Positions 1 to 12,195 of a stretch of DNA of 64,000 bases are shown here, in pieces. The position numbers and the translations under genes were made by a program. Below the pieces are notes generated by a model that saw only the letters and a program-made list of their open reading frames with translations, was not told where the DNA came from and did not search any database. This DNA comes from the human T2T-CHM13v2.0 reference genome, Homo sapiens. The DNA is taken from positions 8,832,001-8,896,000 of the forward strand of contig CP068257.2 of the NCBI GenBank assembly GCA_009914755.4. The letters are read 5' to 3'. Position 1 is the stretch's first letter, and every line of letters starts with the position of its first letter.

Positions 1-287
1 CCTAGGTTTTCCTCCAGGGTTTTCATGGTTTGAGGTCTAACGTTTAAGTCTTTAATCTGTCTTGAATTAATTTTTGTATAAGCTGTAAGAAAGGGATCCA
101 ATTTCAGCTTTCTACATGTGTCTAACCATTTTTCCCAGTACCATTTATTAAATAGGAAATCCTGTCCCCATTGCTTGTTTTTCTCAGGTTTGTAGAAGAT
201 CAGATAGTTGTAGACACGTGGCATTATTTCTGAGGGCTCTGTTCTGTTCCATTGACTATATCTCTGTTTTGGTAGCAGTACCATGCT
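1..287 (-). mobile_element. 5'-truncated LINE-1 fragment (ORF2 region, antisense on + strand); continues past the left window edge
   Basis: 1-287 aligns collinearly (about 90% identity by eye) to 40395-40690 of the full-length L1 in this same window, starting 'cctaggttttc.tc.agggttttt.atggttt.aggtctaac.tttaagtctttaatc'. The junction into alpha satellite lies at about 283-288 with 'atgct' microhomology (L1 'accatgctgtt' / alpha 'aatgcttctgt'). Same orientation as the downstream full-length L1. Confidence 0.8.
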
Positions 288-3200
288 TCTGTATAGTTTT
301 TATGTGAAGTTAATACCTTTTCCAACTTAGGCTGAGAACAGCTCCAAATATCCACTTGCAGATGCTACAAAGAGAGAGTTTCAAAACTGCTCTATCAAAA
401 TATAGGTTCAACTCTGTAAGTTGAATGCACACATCACAAAGAAGTTTCTCAGAATGCTTCTCTGTAGTTTTTATGTGAAGATATTTCCTTTACAACAATA
501 GGCCTAAAAGTGCTCCAAATATCCACTTGCAGATTCTACAAAAAGAGTGTTTCCAAACTGCTCAATCAAAAGAGAGGTTGAACTCTGTGAGATGAATGCA
601 CACATCACTAAGAAGTTTCTCAGAATGCTTCTGTGTAGTTTTTCTGTGAAGATATTCCTTTTTCCACCATAGACTTCAAAGGGCTCCAAATATCCACTTG
701 GAGATTCTACAAAAAGAGAGTTTCAAAACTGCTCTATCAAAAGATAGTTTCAACTCTGTGAGTTGAATGCACACATCACAAAGTAGATTCTCAGAATGCT
801 TCTGGGTAGTTTTTATGTGAAGATATTTCCTTTTCCACGATACGCCTCAAAGTGCTCCAAATATCCACTTGCAGATTCTACAAGAAGAGTGTTTCCAAAC
901 TGGTCAATGCAAAGAAAGGTTCAAGTCTGTGACAGGAATGCACACATCACAAAGAAGTTTCTCAGAATGCTTCTGTGTAGTTTTTCTGTGAAGATATTCC
1001 TTTTTCCACCATAGGCTTCAAAGGGCTCCAAATATCCACTTGGAGATTCTACAAAAAGAGAGTTTCAAAACTGCTCTATCAAAAGATAGTTTCAACTCTG
1101 TGAGTTGAATGCACACATCACAAAGTAGATTCTCAGAATGCTTCTGGGTAGTTTTTATGTGAAGATATTTCCTTTTCCACGATACGCCTCAAAGTGCTCC
1201 AAATATCCACTTGCAGATTCTACAAGAAGAGTGTTTCCAAACTGGTCAATGCAAAGAAAGGTTCAAGTATGTGACAGGAATGCACACATCACAAAGAAGT
1301 TTCTTAGAATGTTTCTGTGTAGTTTTTATGTGAAGATATTTCCTTTTCAACAATAAGCCTAAAAGCGCTCCAAATATCCACGTGCAGATTCTGCAAAGAG
1401 TGTTTCCAAACTGCTCAATCAAAAGAGAGGTTGAACTCTGTGAGATAAATGTAAACATCACTAAAAAGTTTCTCAGAATGCTTCTGTGTAATTTTTCTGT
1501 GTAGATATTCCTTTTTCCACCATAGGTTTCAAAGGACTCCAAATATCCACTTGCAGATTCTAGAAAAAGAGAATTTCAAAGCTGCTCTCTCAAAAGGTAG
1601 GTTCAACTATGTGATTTAAATGCACACATCACAAAGTAGATTCTCAGAATGCTTCTGGGTAGTTTTTATGTGAAGATATTTCATTTTCCACCATACGCCT
1701 CAAAGCGCTCCAAATATCCACTTGCAGATTCTGCAAAAAGAGTGTTTCCAAACTGTTCAATCAAAAGAAGGGTTCAACTCTGAGATAAATGCACAGATCA
1801 CAAAGAATTTTCTGAGAGTGCTTCTGTGTAGATTTTATGTGAAGATATTTCCTTTCCACAATAGACCACAAAGCGCTCCAAATATGCACTTACATTTAAT
1901 ACAAAAAGACTGTTTCAAAACAGCTCAATCAAAAGAAAGGTTCAACTCCGTGAGATGAATGCACACATCACAAAGAAGGTTCTCGGAATAATTCTGTGTA
2001 GTTTTTATGGAAAGATATTTCCTTTTCCACCATCGGCCACAAAGGGCTCAAATTTCCACTTGTAGAGTCTACAAAAAGAGAGTTTCAAAACTGCTCATTC
2101 AAAAGATAGGTTCAACTCTGTGAGTTGAATGAACACAACACAAAGAAGTTTTTCAGAATTCTTCTGTGTGGTTTTTATGTGATCATATTTCCTTTTCCAA
2201 GATAGGCATAAAATCTCTCCAAATATCCCCTTGCAATTTCTACAAAAAGAGTGCTTCCATACTGCTCAACCAAAAGACAGGTTCAACTATGTGAGATGAA
2301 TGCACACATGAAAAGGAAGTTTCTCAGAATGATACTGTGTAGTTTTTATGTTAAGATATTTCCTCTTGCAACATAGGCCACAAAGGGCTCCAAATATCCG
2401 CTTGCATATACTAGAAAAAGAGTTTTTACAAACTGCTCAATAAAAAGAAAGCTTCATATCTGTGAGATGAATGCACACATCACAAAGAAGTTTCTCAGAA
2501 TGCTTCTGTGTAGTTTTTATGTGAAGATATTTCCTTTCCATGCAGGCCCAAAGTGCTCCAAATATCCATTGGAAGATTCTACAAAAAGTGTTTCAAAACT
2601 GCTCAATCAAAATAAATGTTCAACTCTGTGAGATAAAAGCAAGCATCACAAAGAAGTTTCTAAGAATGCTTCTGTGTAGTTTTTATGTGAAGATATTTCC
2701 TTTTCCATCATAGGCCTCAAAGTGCTGCAAATATCCACTTGCCGATTCTACAAAAAGAGTGTTTCCAAACTACTCAATCAAAAGAAAAGTTCAACTCTGT
2801 GAGATGAATGCACACATTGCAAAGGTGGTTCCCAGAATGCTTCTGAGTAGTTTTTCTTGGAAGATATTTCGTTTTCCACCATAGGCCACAAAGGGTTCCA
2901 AACATCCACTTGTACATTCTACAAAAAGAGAGTTTAAAATCTGATCTATCAAAAGATAAGTTCAACTCTGTGAGTTGAATGCACACATCACAAAGAAGTT
3001 TCTCAGAATGCTTCTTTGTAGTTTTTATGTGAAGATATTTCCTTTTCCACATAGGCCTCAAAGAGCTCCAAATACACAGTTGTAGATCCTATGGAAGGAT
3101 TGTTTCAAAACTGCAGAATCAAAAGAAAGGTTCAACTCTGTGAGATGAATGCACACGTTAGAAAGAAGTTTCTCAGAATGATTCTGTGTAGTTTTTATGT

Positions 3201-6200
3201 GAAGATATTTCCTTTTCCACAATAGGCCTCAAAGCACTCCAAATATCCACTTGCAGTTTCTACAAAATTGTGTTTCCAAACTGCTCAATCAGAGAAAGGT
3301 TCAACTCTGTGAGATGAATGAACATATCACAAAGAAGTTTCTCAGAATGCTTCTGTTTAGTTTTTATTGGAAGATATTTCCTTTTCCACCATAGGAGGCA
3401 AAGGGCTGCAAATATCCACTTGCAGATTCTACAAATATAGAGTTTCAAAACTGCTCTATTAAAAGATAAGGTCAACTCTGTGAGTTGAATGCACACATCA
3501 AAAAGTACTTTCTCAGAATGCTTCTGTGTAGTTTTTATGTGAACATATTTCCTTTTCCACCAAAGTCCTCAAAGGGCTCAAAATACTCACTTGCAGATTC
3601 TACAAATAGAGAGTTTTGAAACTGCTCAATCAAAATATAGGTTCAACTCTGTGAGTTGAATGCACACATCACAAAGTTGTCTCTCAGAAGGCTTCTGTGT
3701 AGTTTTTATGTGAAGATATTTCGTTTTCCGCAATAGGCCTGAAAGCACTCCAAATATCCACTTGCAGATTCCACAAAAAGTGTGTTTCCAAAGTGCTCAA
3801 TCAAAAGAACGGTTCAACTCTGTGAGATGAAACCACACATCGCAAAGAAGTTTCTCCGAGTGTTTCTGTGTAGTTTCTATGGGAAAATATTTCCTTTTCT
3901 GCCATCTGCCTCAAAGGGCCCCAAATATCCACTGGCAAATTCTACAAAAAGAGTGTTTTGAAACTGCTAAATCAAAGGAACGGTTCAACTCCGTGAGATG
4001 AATGCACACATCACAAAGAAGTCTCTCAGAATGCTTCTGTGTAGTTTTTATATGTAGATATTTACTTTTTCACAATAGGCCTCAAAGCGCTCCAAATATG
4101 CACTTGCAGATTTTACAAAAAGAGTTTTTAAACACTGCTTAATCAAAAGAAAGCTTCAACTCTGTGAGATGAATGCACACATCACAAAGAAGTTTCTCAG
4201 AATGTTTCTTTCTAGTTTTTATTGGAAGATATTTCCTTTTCCAACATAGGCCACAAAGGGCTTCAAATATCCAGTTGCAGATTCTACAAAAAGAGAGTTT
4301 GCAAACTGCTGAATCAAAACAAAAGTTCAACTCTGTGCAATGAATGCACTCATCACAAAGAAGTTTCTGAGAATGCTTCTGTGTAGTTTTTATGTGAAGA
4401 TATTTCCTTTTCCACAATAGGTGTCAGAGCACTCCAATTATGCACTTGCAGATTCTACAAAAAAAGTGTTTCAAAACTGTCCCATCAAATTGAAGGTTCA
4501 ACTCTGTGAGACGAATGTACACATCACAAAGTAGTTTCTCAGAATGCTTCTGTGTAGCTTTTATGTGAAGATATTTCCTTTTCCACCATAGGCTGCAAAG
4601 GGCTCCACATATCCACTTGCAGATTCTACAAGAAGAGGGTTTTAAAACTGGTCTATCAAAAGATAGGTTCAACTCCGTGAGTAGCATGCAAACATCACAA
4701 ATAAGTTTCTCAGAATGCTTCTGTGTAGTTTTTATGTGGAGATATTTCCTTATCCACAATAGGCTGCAACGGGCTCCAAATATCCACTTGCAGATTCTAC
4801 AAAAGGAGTGTTTCCAAACTGCTCAATCAAAATTAAGTTTCAACTCTGTGAGATGAAAGCACACATCACAAATAAGTTTCTCAAAATGCTTCTGTGTAAT
4901 TTCTTTGGGAAGATGTTTCCTTTTCCACCATCTGCCACAAAGGGTTCCAAATATCCAATTGCAGATTCTAAAAAACGGGAGCTTCAAAACAGTTCTATAG
5001 AAACATAGGTTGAACTCAGTGTGTTGAATACGCACTTCACAAAGAAGTTTCTCTGAATGCTTCTGTGTAGTTTCTATGTAAAGATATTTCCTTTGCCACC
5101 ATAGGCCTCAAAGCACTCCAAATATCCACTTGCAGATTCTAAAAAGAAAGTGTTTCGAAACTGCTCAATCAAAAGAAAGGTTCAACTCTGTGAGATAAAT
5201 CCGCACATCACAAAGAATTTTCTCAGAATGCTTCTGTGTAGTTTTTATGTGAAGATATTTCCTTTTCCACCATAGATCACAAAGCACTCAAAATATCCAC
5301 TTGCAGATTCTACAAAAATGGTGTTTCCAAACCGCTCAATGAAAAGAAAGGTTCAACTCTGTGAGATGAAAGCACACATCACAAAAAAGTTTCTGAAAAT
5401 GCTTCTGTGTAGTTTTTATGTGAAGATATTTCCTTTTCCACAATAGGTCTCAAATAGCTTCCAATATCCACTTGCAGATCCTATAAAAAGAGGGTTTCAA
5501 AACTGCTCAATCAAAAGAAAGGTTCAACTCTGTGAGCTGAATGCAGACATCACAAAGAAGTTTCTCCGAATGCTTCTGTGTAGTATTTAGGTGAAGATAT
5601 TTCCTTTTCCACCATAGGCCTCAAACAGCTCAAAATATCCACTTGACGACAGTATAAAAAGATTGTTTCCAAACTGTTCAATCAAAAGAGAGTTTCACCT
5701 CTGTGAGATGAATGCACATATCACAAAGAAGTTTCTCAGGATGATTCTGTGTAGTTTTTATGTGAAGATATTTCCTATTCCACCCATAGGCCTCAAAGTG
5801 CTCCAAATATCCACTTGCAGATTCTACAAATAGAGTGTTTCCAAACTGCTCCATCAGAAGAAAGGTTTAACTCTGTGAGATGAATGCGCACATCACAGAG
5901 ATATTTCTCAGAATGCTTCTGTGTAGTTGTTATATGAATATATGTCCTTTTCCTACACAGACCTCAAATCTCTCCAAATATCTACTTGCAGATCCTACAA
6001 AAAGAGTGTTTCCAAACTGCTTAATCAAAAAAAATGTTCAAATCTGTCAGATGAATGCACACATCATAAGGAAGTTTCTCAGATTGCTTCTGTGTCGTTT
6101 TCATGTGAAGATATTTCCTTTTCCAACAAAGGCTTCAAAGGGCTTCCAATATCCACTTGCAGATTCTACAAAAACAATGTTTGCAAACTGCTCAATTAAA

Positions 6201-8330
6201 AGAAATTTTGAACTCTGTGGCATGAATGCGCACATCACAAAGAAGTTTCTCAGAATGCTTCTGTGTAGTTTTTATGTGAAGATATTTCCTTTCCCAGCAT
6301 AGGCCTCAAAGCGCTCCAAATATCCACTTGCAGATTCTTCCAAAAGATTGTTTCCATACTGCTCAATCAAAGAAAGATTCAACTATGTGAGAGGAATGCA
6401 TACATCACAAAGAAGTTTCTCAGAATGCTTCCGTGTAGTTTCCCTTTCCAAAATAGGGTGGAAAGGTTTACAAATATCCACTTGCAGATTGTACAAAAAG
6501 AGAGATTCAAAACTACTCAATCAAAAGATAGGTTCAACTCTGTGAGATGAATGCACACATCACAAAGAAGTTTCTGAGAATGCTTCTGTGTAGTTTTTAT
6601 GTGAAGATATTCTTTTTCCAAAATAGGCCACAAATCGCTCCAAATATCCACTTGCAGATTGCACAAAAAGAGTGTTCCCAAACTGCTCAATCAAAAGAAA
6701 TGTTCAACTGTGAGTTGAATGCACACATCATAAAGAAGTTTCTGAGAATGCTTCTATCTGGATTTTCTGTGAAGATATTTAATTTTCCACCATAGACCTC
6801 AAAGCTGTCCAAATGTCCACTTGCAGATTGTACAAAAAGAGTGTTTCAAAACTGCTCTATCAAAAGAAAGGTTCAACTCTGTGAGTTGAATGCACACATC
6901 ACAAAGAAGTTTCTCAGAATGCTTCTGTGTACCTTTTATGTGAAGATATTTACTTTTCTACAATAGTCCTCAAAGCGTTCCAAATATCCACTTGCAGATT
7001 CTACAAAAAGAGTGCTTCCAAACTGCTCAATCAAACGAAATGGTTCAACTCTGTGAGTTGAATGCACTCATCACAAAGAAGTTTCTCAGAATACCTCTGT
7101 GTAATTTTTATGTGAAGATATTTACTTTTCCACAGTAGGCCTCAAAGCACTCCAAATATCCAATTTCAGATTCTACAAAAAGAATGTTTCCAAGCTGCAT
7201 GATCAAAAGAGAGGTTCAGCACTGTGAGATGAATGCACCCATCACAAAGGAGTTGCTGAGAATGCTTCTGTGTAGTTTTTATATGAAAATATTTCCTTTT
7301 AAAAATAGGCTGGAAAGGGCTCCCAATATCCACTTGCAGATTCTACAAAAAGAGACATGGAAAACTGCACAATTGAAAAATAGGTTCAACTCTGTGAGTG
7401 GAATGCAAACATCACAGAGAAGTTCCTCAGAATTCTTCGGTGTAGTTTTTATGTGAAGATATTTCCTTTTCCACCATAGGCCTCAAAGCGCTCTTATATC
7501 CCCTGGCAGATTCAACAAAAAGAGTGTTTCAAAACCGTTCTATCAAAAGATAGGTTCAACTCTGAGTTGAAAGCACACATTCACAATGAAGTTTCTCAGA
7601 ATGCTTCTGTGTAGTTTTTATGTGAAGATTTTTCCTTTTCCACCATAGGCCCCAAATCACTCCAAATATCCACTTGCAGATTCTACAAAAAGAGAGTTTC
7701 AAAATTGCTCTATAAAAAGATTGGTTCAGCCTGGAGAGGTGAAGGCACACATCACAAAGAAGTTTCTCAGAATGCTTCTGTGTATTTTTTATGGGAAGAT
7801 ATATCCTTTTCCACAATAGGCCTCAAAGCGCTCCAAATATCCACTTGCAGATTCTACAAAAAGAGTGTTTTAAAACTGCTCAATCAAAAGAAAGGTTCAA
7901 CTCTGTGAGACGAATGCAAACAAAACAAAGAATTTTCTGAGAATGCTTCTGTGTAGTTATGTGAATATATTTCCTTTTCCACAGTAGGCCTCTAAGCATT
8001 CCATATATCCACTTGCAGATTCTACAGAAACAGTGTTTCAAAACTGCTCAATCAAATGAAAGATTCAACTCTGTGAGATGAATGCACACATAACAAAGAA
8101 GTTGTTCAGAATTCTTCTGTGTAGTTTTTATGGGAAGACATTTCCCTTACCACCATCAGACATAAAGGGCTCCAAATAACCACTTGCAGATTGTAGAAAA
8201 AGAGAGTTTCAAAACTGCTCTCAAAAGATAGGTTCAAAATTTTGAGTTGAATGCGCACATCACAGAGCAGTTTCTCAGAATGCTTCTGTGTAGTTTTTAT
8301 GTGAAGATATTTCCTTTTCCACCATAGGCA
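288..8330 (-). repeat. Alpha satellite, divergent A-type monomers (~47 x 171 bp), reverse of the consensus orientation
   Basis: 171-bp periodicity of 'ccaaatatccacttgcagattctacaaaaagag...tgaatgcacacatcacaaagaagtttctcagaatgcttctgtgtagtttttatgtgaagatatttccttttccaccataggcc'. No 'cccgttt' CENP-B motif anywhere in the block. Monomers differ by roughly 10-25%, so there is no HOR. Confidence 0.95.
600..1342 (-). repeat. Local tandem duplication of a ~342-bp alpha dimer (two near-identical copies)
   Basis: About 600-941 and 942-1283(+) are near-identical. The ORF-track entries 796..1014 and 1138..1356 encode the same 72-aa string except for a few C-terminal residues and lie 342 bp apart. The surrounding monomers are much more divergent. 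Confidence 0.85.
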
Positions 8331-11300
8331 CCATTGGAGCGCTTTGCGGCCAGTGGTAGAAAAACAAATATCTTCATATAAAATCTAGGCAGAAACAATC
8401 TGGGAAACTTCTTTGTGATGTGTGCTTTCATCTCACAGAGTTAAACCTTTGTTTTGATTGAGCAGTTTTGAAACTCTCTTTTCATCTCACAGAGTTAAAC
8501 CTTTCTTTTGATTGAGCAGTTCTGAAACTCCCTTTTTGTAGAATCTGCCAGTGGACATTTGGAGTGCTTTGAGATCTATGTTGGAAAAGGAAATATCTTT
8601 ACATAAAAACTAGACAGAAGAATTCTGAGAGACTTCTTTGTGATGTGTGCATTCATCTCACACAGTTTAACATTTCTTTTGATTGAGCAGTTTGGAAATA
8701 CTCTTTTTGTAGAATCTGCAAGTGGACATTTGGAGCGCTTTGTGGCCTATGGTAGAAAAGGAAATATCTTCACATAAAATCTAGACAGAAGCAATCTGAG
8801 AAACTTCTTTGTGACGTGTGCATTCTTCTCACAGAGTTAAACCTTTTTTTTTGATTGAGGAGTTTTGAAACTCTTTTTTTGTAGAATCTGCAAATGGATA
8901 TTTGGAGCGCTTTGAGGCCTATGGTGGAAAAGGGAATGTCTTCACATAAAAACTGGACTGAAGAATTGTGAGAAACTTCGTCGTGATGGGTGGGTTCATG
9001 TCATGGAGTTGAACCTTTTTTTTTTTTTTGATTGAGCAGTTTGGAAACACTCTTTTTATAGAATCTGCAAGTGGAAATTTGGAGCGCTTTGGGGCCTGTG
9101 GTAGTAAAGGAAATATTTTCACATAATATGTAGACAGAAGCAATCAAAGAAGCTTCTTTGTGATGTGTGCATTCATCTCACAGAGTTAAACCTTTATTTT
9201 GAGAGAGCAGTTTTGAAACTCTCTTTTCGTAGTATCTGTAAGTGGACATTTGGAGTGCTTTGAGGCCTATGGTGGAAAAGGTAATATCTTCACATATAAA
9301 CTAGACAGAAGAATTCTGAGATACTTCTTTGTGATATGTACGTTCATCTCACAGAGTTGAGCCTTTCTTTTGATTGAGCAGTTTGTAAACACTCTTTTTG
9401 TAGAATCTGCAATAGACATTTGGAGTGCTTTGCGGCCTATGGTAGAAAAGGAAATATCTCCACCAAAAATCAAGACGGAAGCAATCCGAGAGACTTCTTT
9501 GTGATGTGTGCATTCATCTCACAGATTTAAACCTTTCTTTTGTTTGAGCAGTTTGGAAAGTCTCTTTCTGTAGAATCTGCAAGTGGAGACTAGGAGGGCT
9601 TTGAGGCCTATGGTGGAAAAGGAAATATCTTCATATAAAAACTAGACAGAAGAATTCTGAGAAACTTGTCTGTAATGTGTGCATTCATCTCACAGAGCTG
9701 AACTTTTCTTTGGATTGAGCAGTTTGGAAACACTCTTTTTTTAAAATCTGCAAGTGGACATTTGGAGCGCTTTGCGGCCTAAGGTACAACAGGAAATAAC
9801 TTCACATAATATCTAGAGAGAAGCAATCTGAGAAGCTTCTTTGTGATGTGTGCATTCATCTCACAGAGTTAAAACTTTGTTTTGATAGAGCAGTTTTGAA
9901 ACTCTTTTTGTAGAATTTGCTAGTGGACGTTTGGAGCGCATTGAGGCCTATGGTGGAAAAGGTAATATCTTCACATATAAAGTAGACAGAGGAATTCTGA
10001 GAATCTTCTTTGTGATGTGTGCGTTCGTCTCAAAGAGTTGAAACTTTCTTTTGTTTGAGCACTTTGGAAAGACTCTTTGTAGAATCTGCAAGTGGAAATT
10101 TGGAGCGATTTGTGGCAAATGGTAGAAAAGGAAATATCTTCATATAAAATCTAGGCAGAAGCAATCTGGGAAACTTCTTTGTGATGTGTGCTTTCATCTC
10201 ACAGAGATAAACCTTTGTTTTGATTGAGCAGTTTTTAAACTCTCTTTTCGTAGCTTCTGCAAGTGGATATTTGGAGCGCTTTGGGGCCTATGGTGGAAAA
10301 GGAAATATCTTAAAATAAAAACTAGACAGAAGAATTCTGAGAAACTTCTCTGTGATGTGTGCGTTCATCTCATGGAGTTGAAACTTTCTTTTGATAGAGA
10401 AGTTTGAAAACACACTTTTCGTAGAATCTGCTAGTGGACATTTGGAGCGCTTTGTGGCCTAAGATAGAAAAGTAAATATCTTCACATAAAATCAAGACAG
10501 CAGCAATCTAAGAAGCTTCTTTGTGATGTGTGCATTCATATCACCGAGTTAACCCTTTCTTTTGATTGAGCAGTTTTTAAACTCTCTTTTTGTAAAATCT
10601 GCAAGTGGAAGTTTGGAGCTCATTGAGGTCTATGGTGGAAAAGGAAATATCTTCACATAAAAACTAGACAGAAGAATTCTGAGAAACTTCTTTGTGATGT
10701 GTGCATTCATCTCACAGAGTTGAAACTTTCTTTTGATTGAGCAGTTTGGAAACACTCCTTTTTAAGAATCTGCCAGTGGACATTTCGAGCGGTTTGCGGG
10801 CCACTGTAGAAAAGGAAATATCTTCACATAAAATCTAGACAGAAGCAATCTGAGAAACTTCTTTGTGATGTGTGCATTCATCTCACAGAGTTAAACCTTT
10901 CTTTTGGTTGAGGAGTTTTGAAAATCTCTTTTTGCAGAATCTGCAAGTGTATATTTGGAGTGCTTTGAGGCCTATGGTGAAAAGGAAATACCTTCACATA
11001 AAAACTGGACTGAAGAATTGTGAGAAACTTCCTGGTGATGAGTGGGTTCATCTCATAGAGTTGAACCTTTTTTCTGATTGAGCAGTTTGGAAACACTCTT
11101 TTTGTAGAATCTGAAAGTGGACATTTGTAGCTCTTAGCGGCCTATGGTAGAAAACGAACTGCCTTCACATAAAATCTAGACAGAAGCAATCTGATAAACT
11201 TCTTTGTCATGTATGCATTCATCTCACAGAGTTAAACCTTTCTTTCGATTGAGGGTTTTTGAAACTCTCTTTTTGTAGAATCTTCAAGTGGATATTTGGA

Positions 11301-12195
11301 GCGCTTTGAGGCCTCTAGTGGAAAAGGTAATATCTTCACATAAAAACTGGACTGAAGAGTTGTGAGAAATTTCGTGGTGATGGGTGGGTTCATCTCATGG
11401 AGTTGAACCTTTTTTCTGATTGAGCAGTTTGGAAACACTCTTTTTGTAGAATCTGCAAGTGGACATTTCTCACGCTTTGCAGCCTATGGAAGAAAACTTA
11501 ATACCTTCACATAAAATCTAGACAGAAGCAATCTGAGAAACTTCTTTGTATTCTGTACATTCACCTCACAGTGTTAAACCATTCTTTTGATTGAGCAGTT
11601 TTGAAAGTATCTTTTGTAGAAACTGCAAGTGGACATTTGGAGTGCTTGGTGGCCTATGGTGGAAACGATAATATCTTCACATAAGAACTAGACAGGAGAA
11701 TGATGAGAAACTACTTTGTGAGGTGTGCGTTCATCTCACAGAGTTGAAACTTTCTTTTGATTGAGCAGTTTGGAACCACTCTTTTTGTCAAATCTGCAAG
11801 TGGACATTTGGAGCACTTAGCGGCCAATGGAAGAAAAGGCAATATCGTCACATAAAATCTAGACAGAAGCAATCTGAGAAACTTCTTTGTGATGTGTGCA
11901 TTCATCTCACAGAGTTAAACCTTTGTTTTGGTTGAGCAGTTTTGAAACTGTCTTTTAGTAGAATCTCCAAGTGGACATTTGGAGGGCTTTGAGGCCTACG
12001 GTGGAAAAGTAGATATCTTCACATAAAAAAATAGAGAGAAGAATTATGAGAAACTTCTTTGTGACGTTTGCGTTCATCTCACAGAGTTGAACCTTTCTTT
12101 TGATTGAGGAGTTCGGAAACACTCTTTTTGTAGAATCTGCAGGTGGACATTTTGAATACTTTGTGGCCTATGGTAGAAATGGAAATATCTTCATA
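8331..12195 (+). repeat. Alpha satellite block in consensus orientation, dimeric subfamily ('agaagaattctgagaaac' alternating with 'agaagcaatctgagaaac')
   Basis: The orientation flips at 8330/8331 within 'ccaccataggc|accattggagcgctttgcggcc'. The plus strand now reads 'cagttttgaaacactctttttgtagaatctgcaagtggacatttggagcgctttgaggcctatggtggaaaaggaaatatcttcacataaaa'. Two monomer types alternate (GAATTC-containing versus 'gcaatctg'). Confidence 0.9.
8430..8537 (+). repeat. 54-bp intra-monomer tandem duplication producing a ~225-bp monomer
   Basis: 'atctcacagagttaaacctttgttttgattgagcagttttgaaactctcttttc' (8430-8483) is followed directly by a near-identical copy at 8484-8537. The spacing between flanking 'cttctttgtgatgtgtgc' anchors is about 219-225 bp instead of 171. 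Confidence 0.7.

Noticed and set aside
9016-9031. T16 homopolymer, with a similar T13 at about 24503-24516
   Set aside because: These are simple expansions of the T-run already present in the alpha monomer ('ctttttttttgattgag'). They are not poly-A tails of inserted retroelements: no adjacent non-satellite sequence is present.
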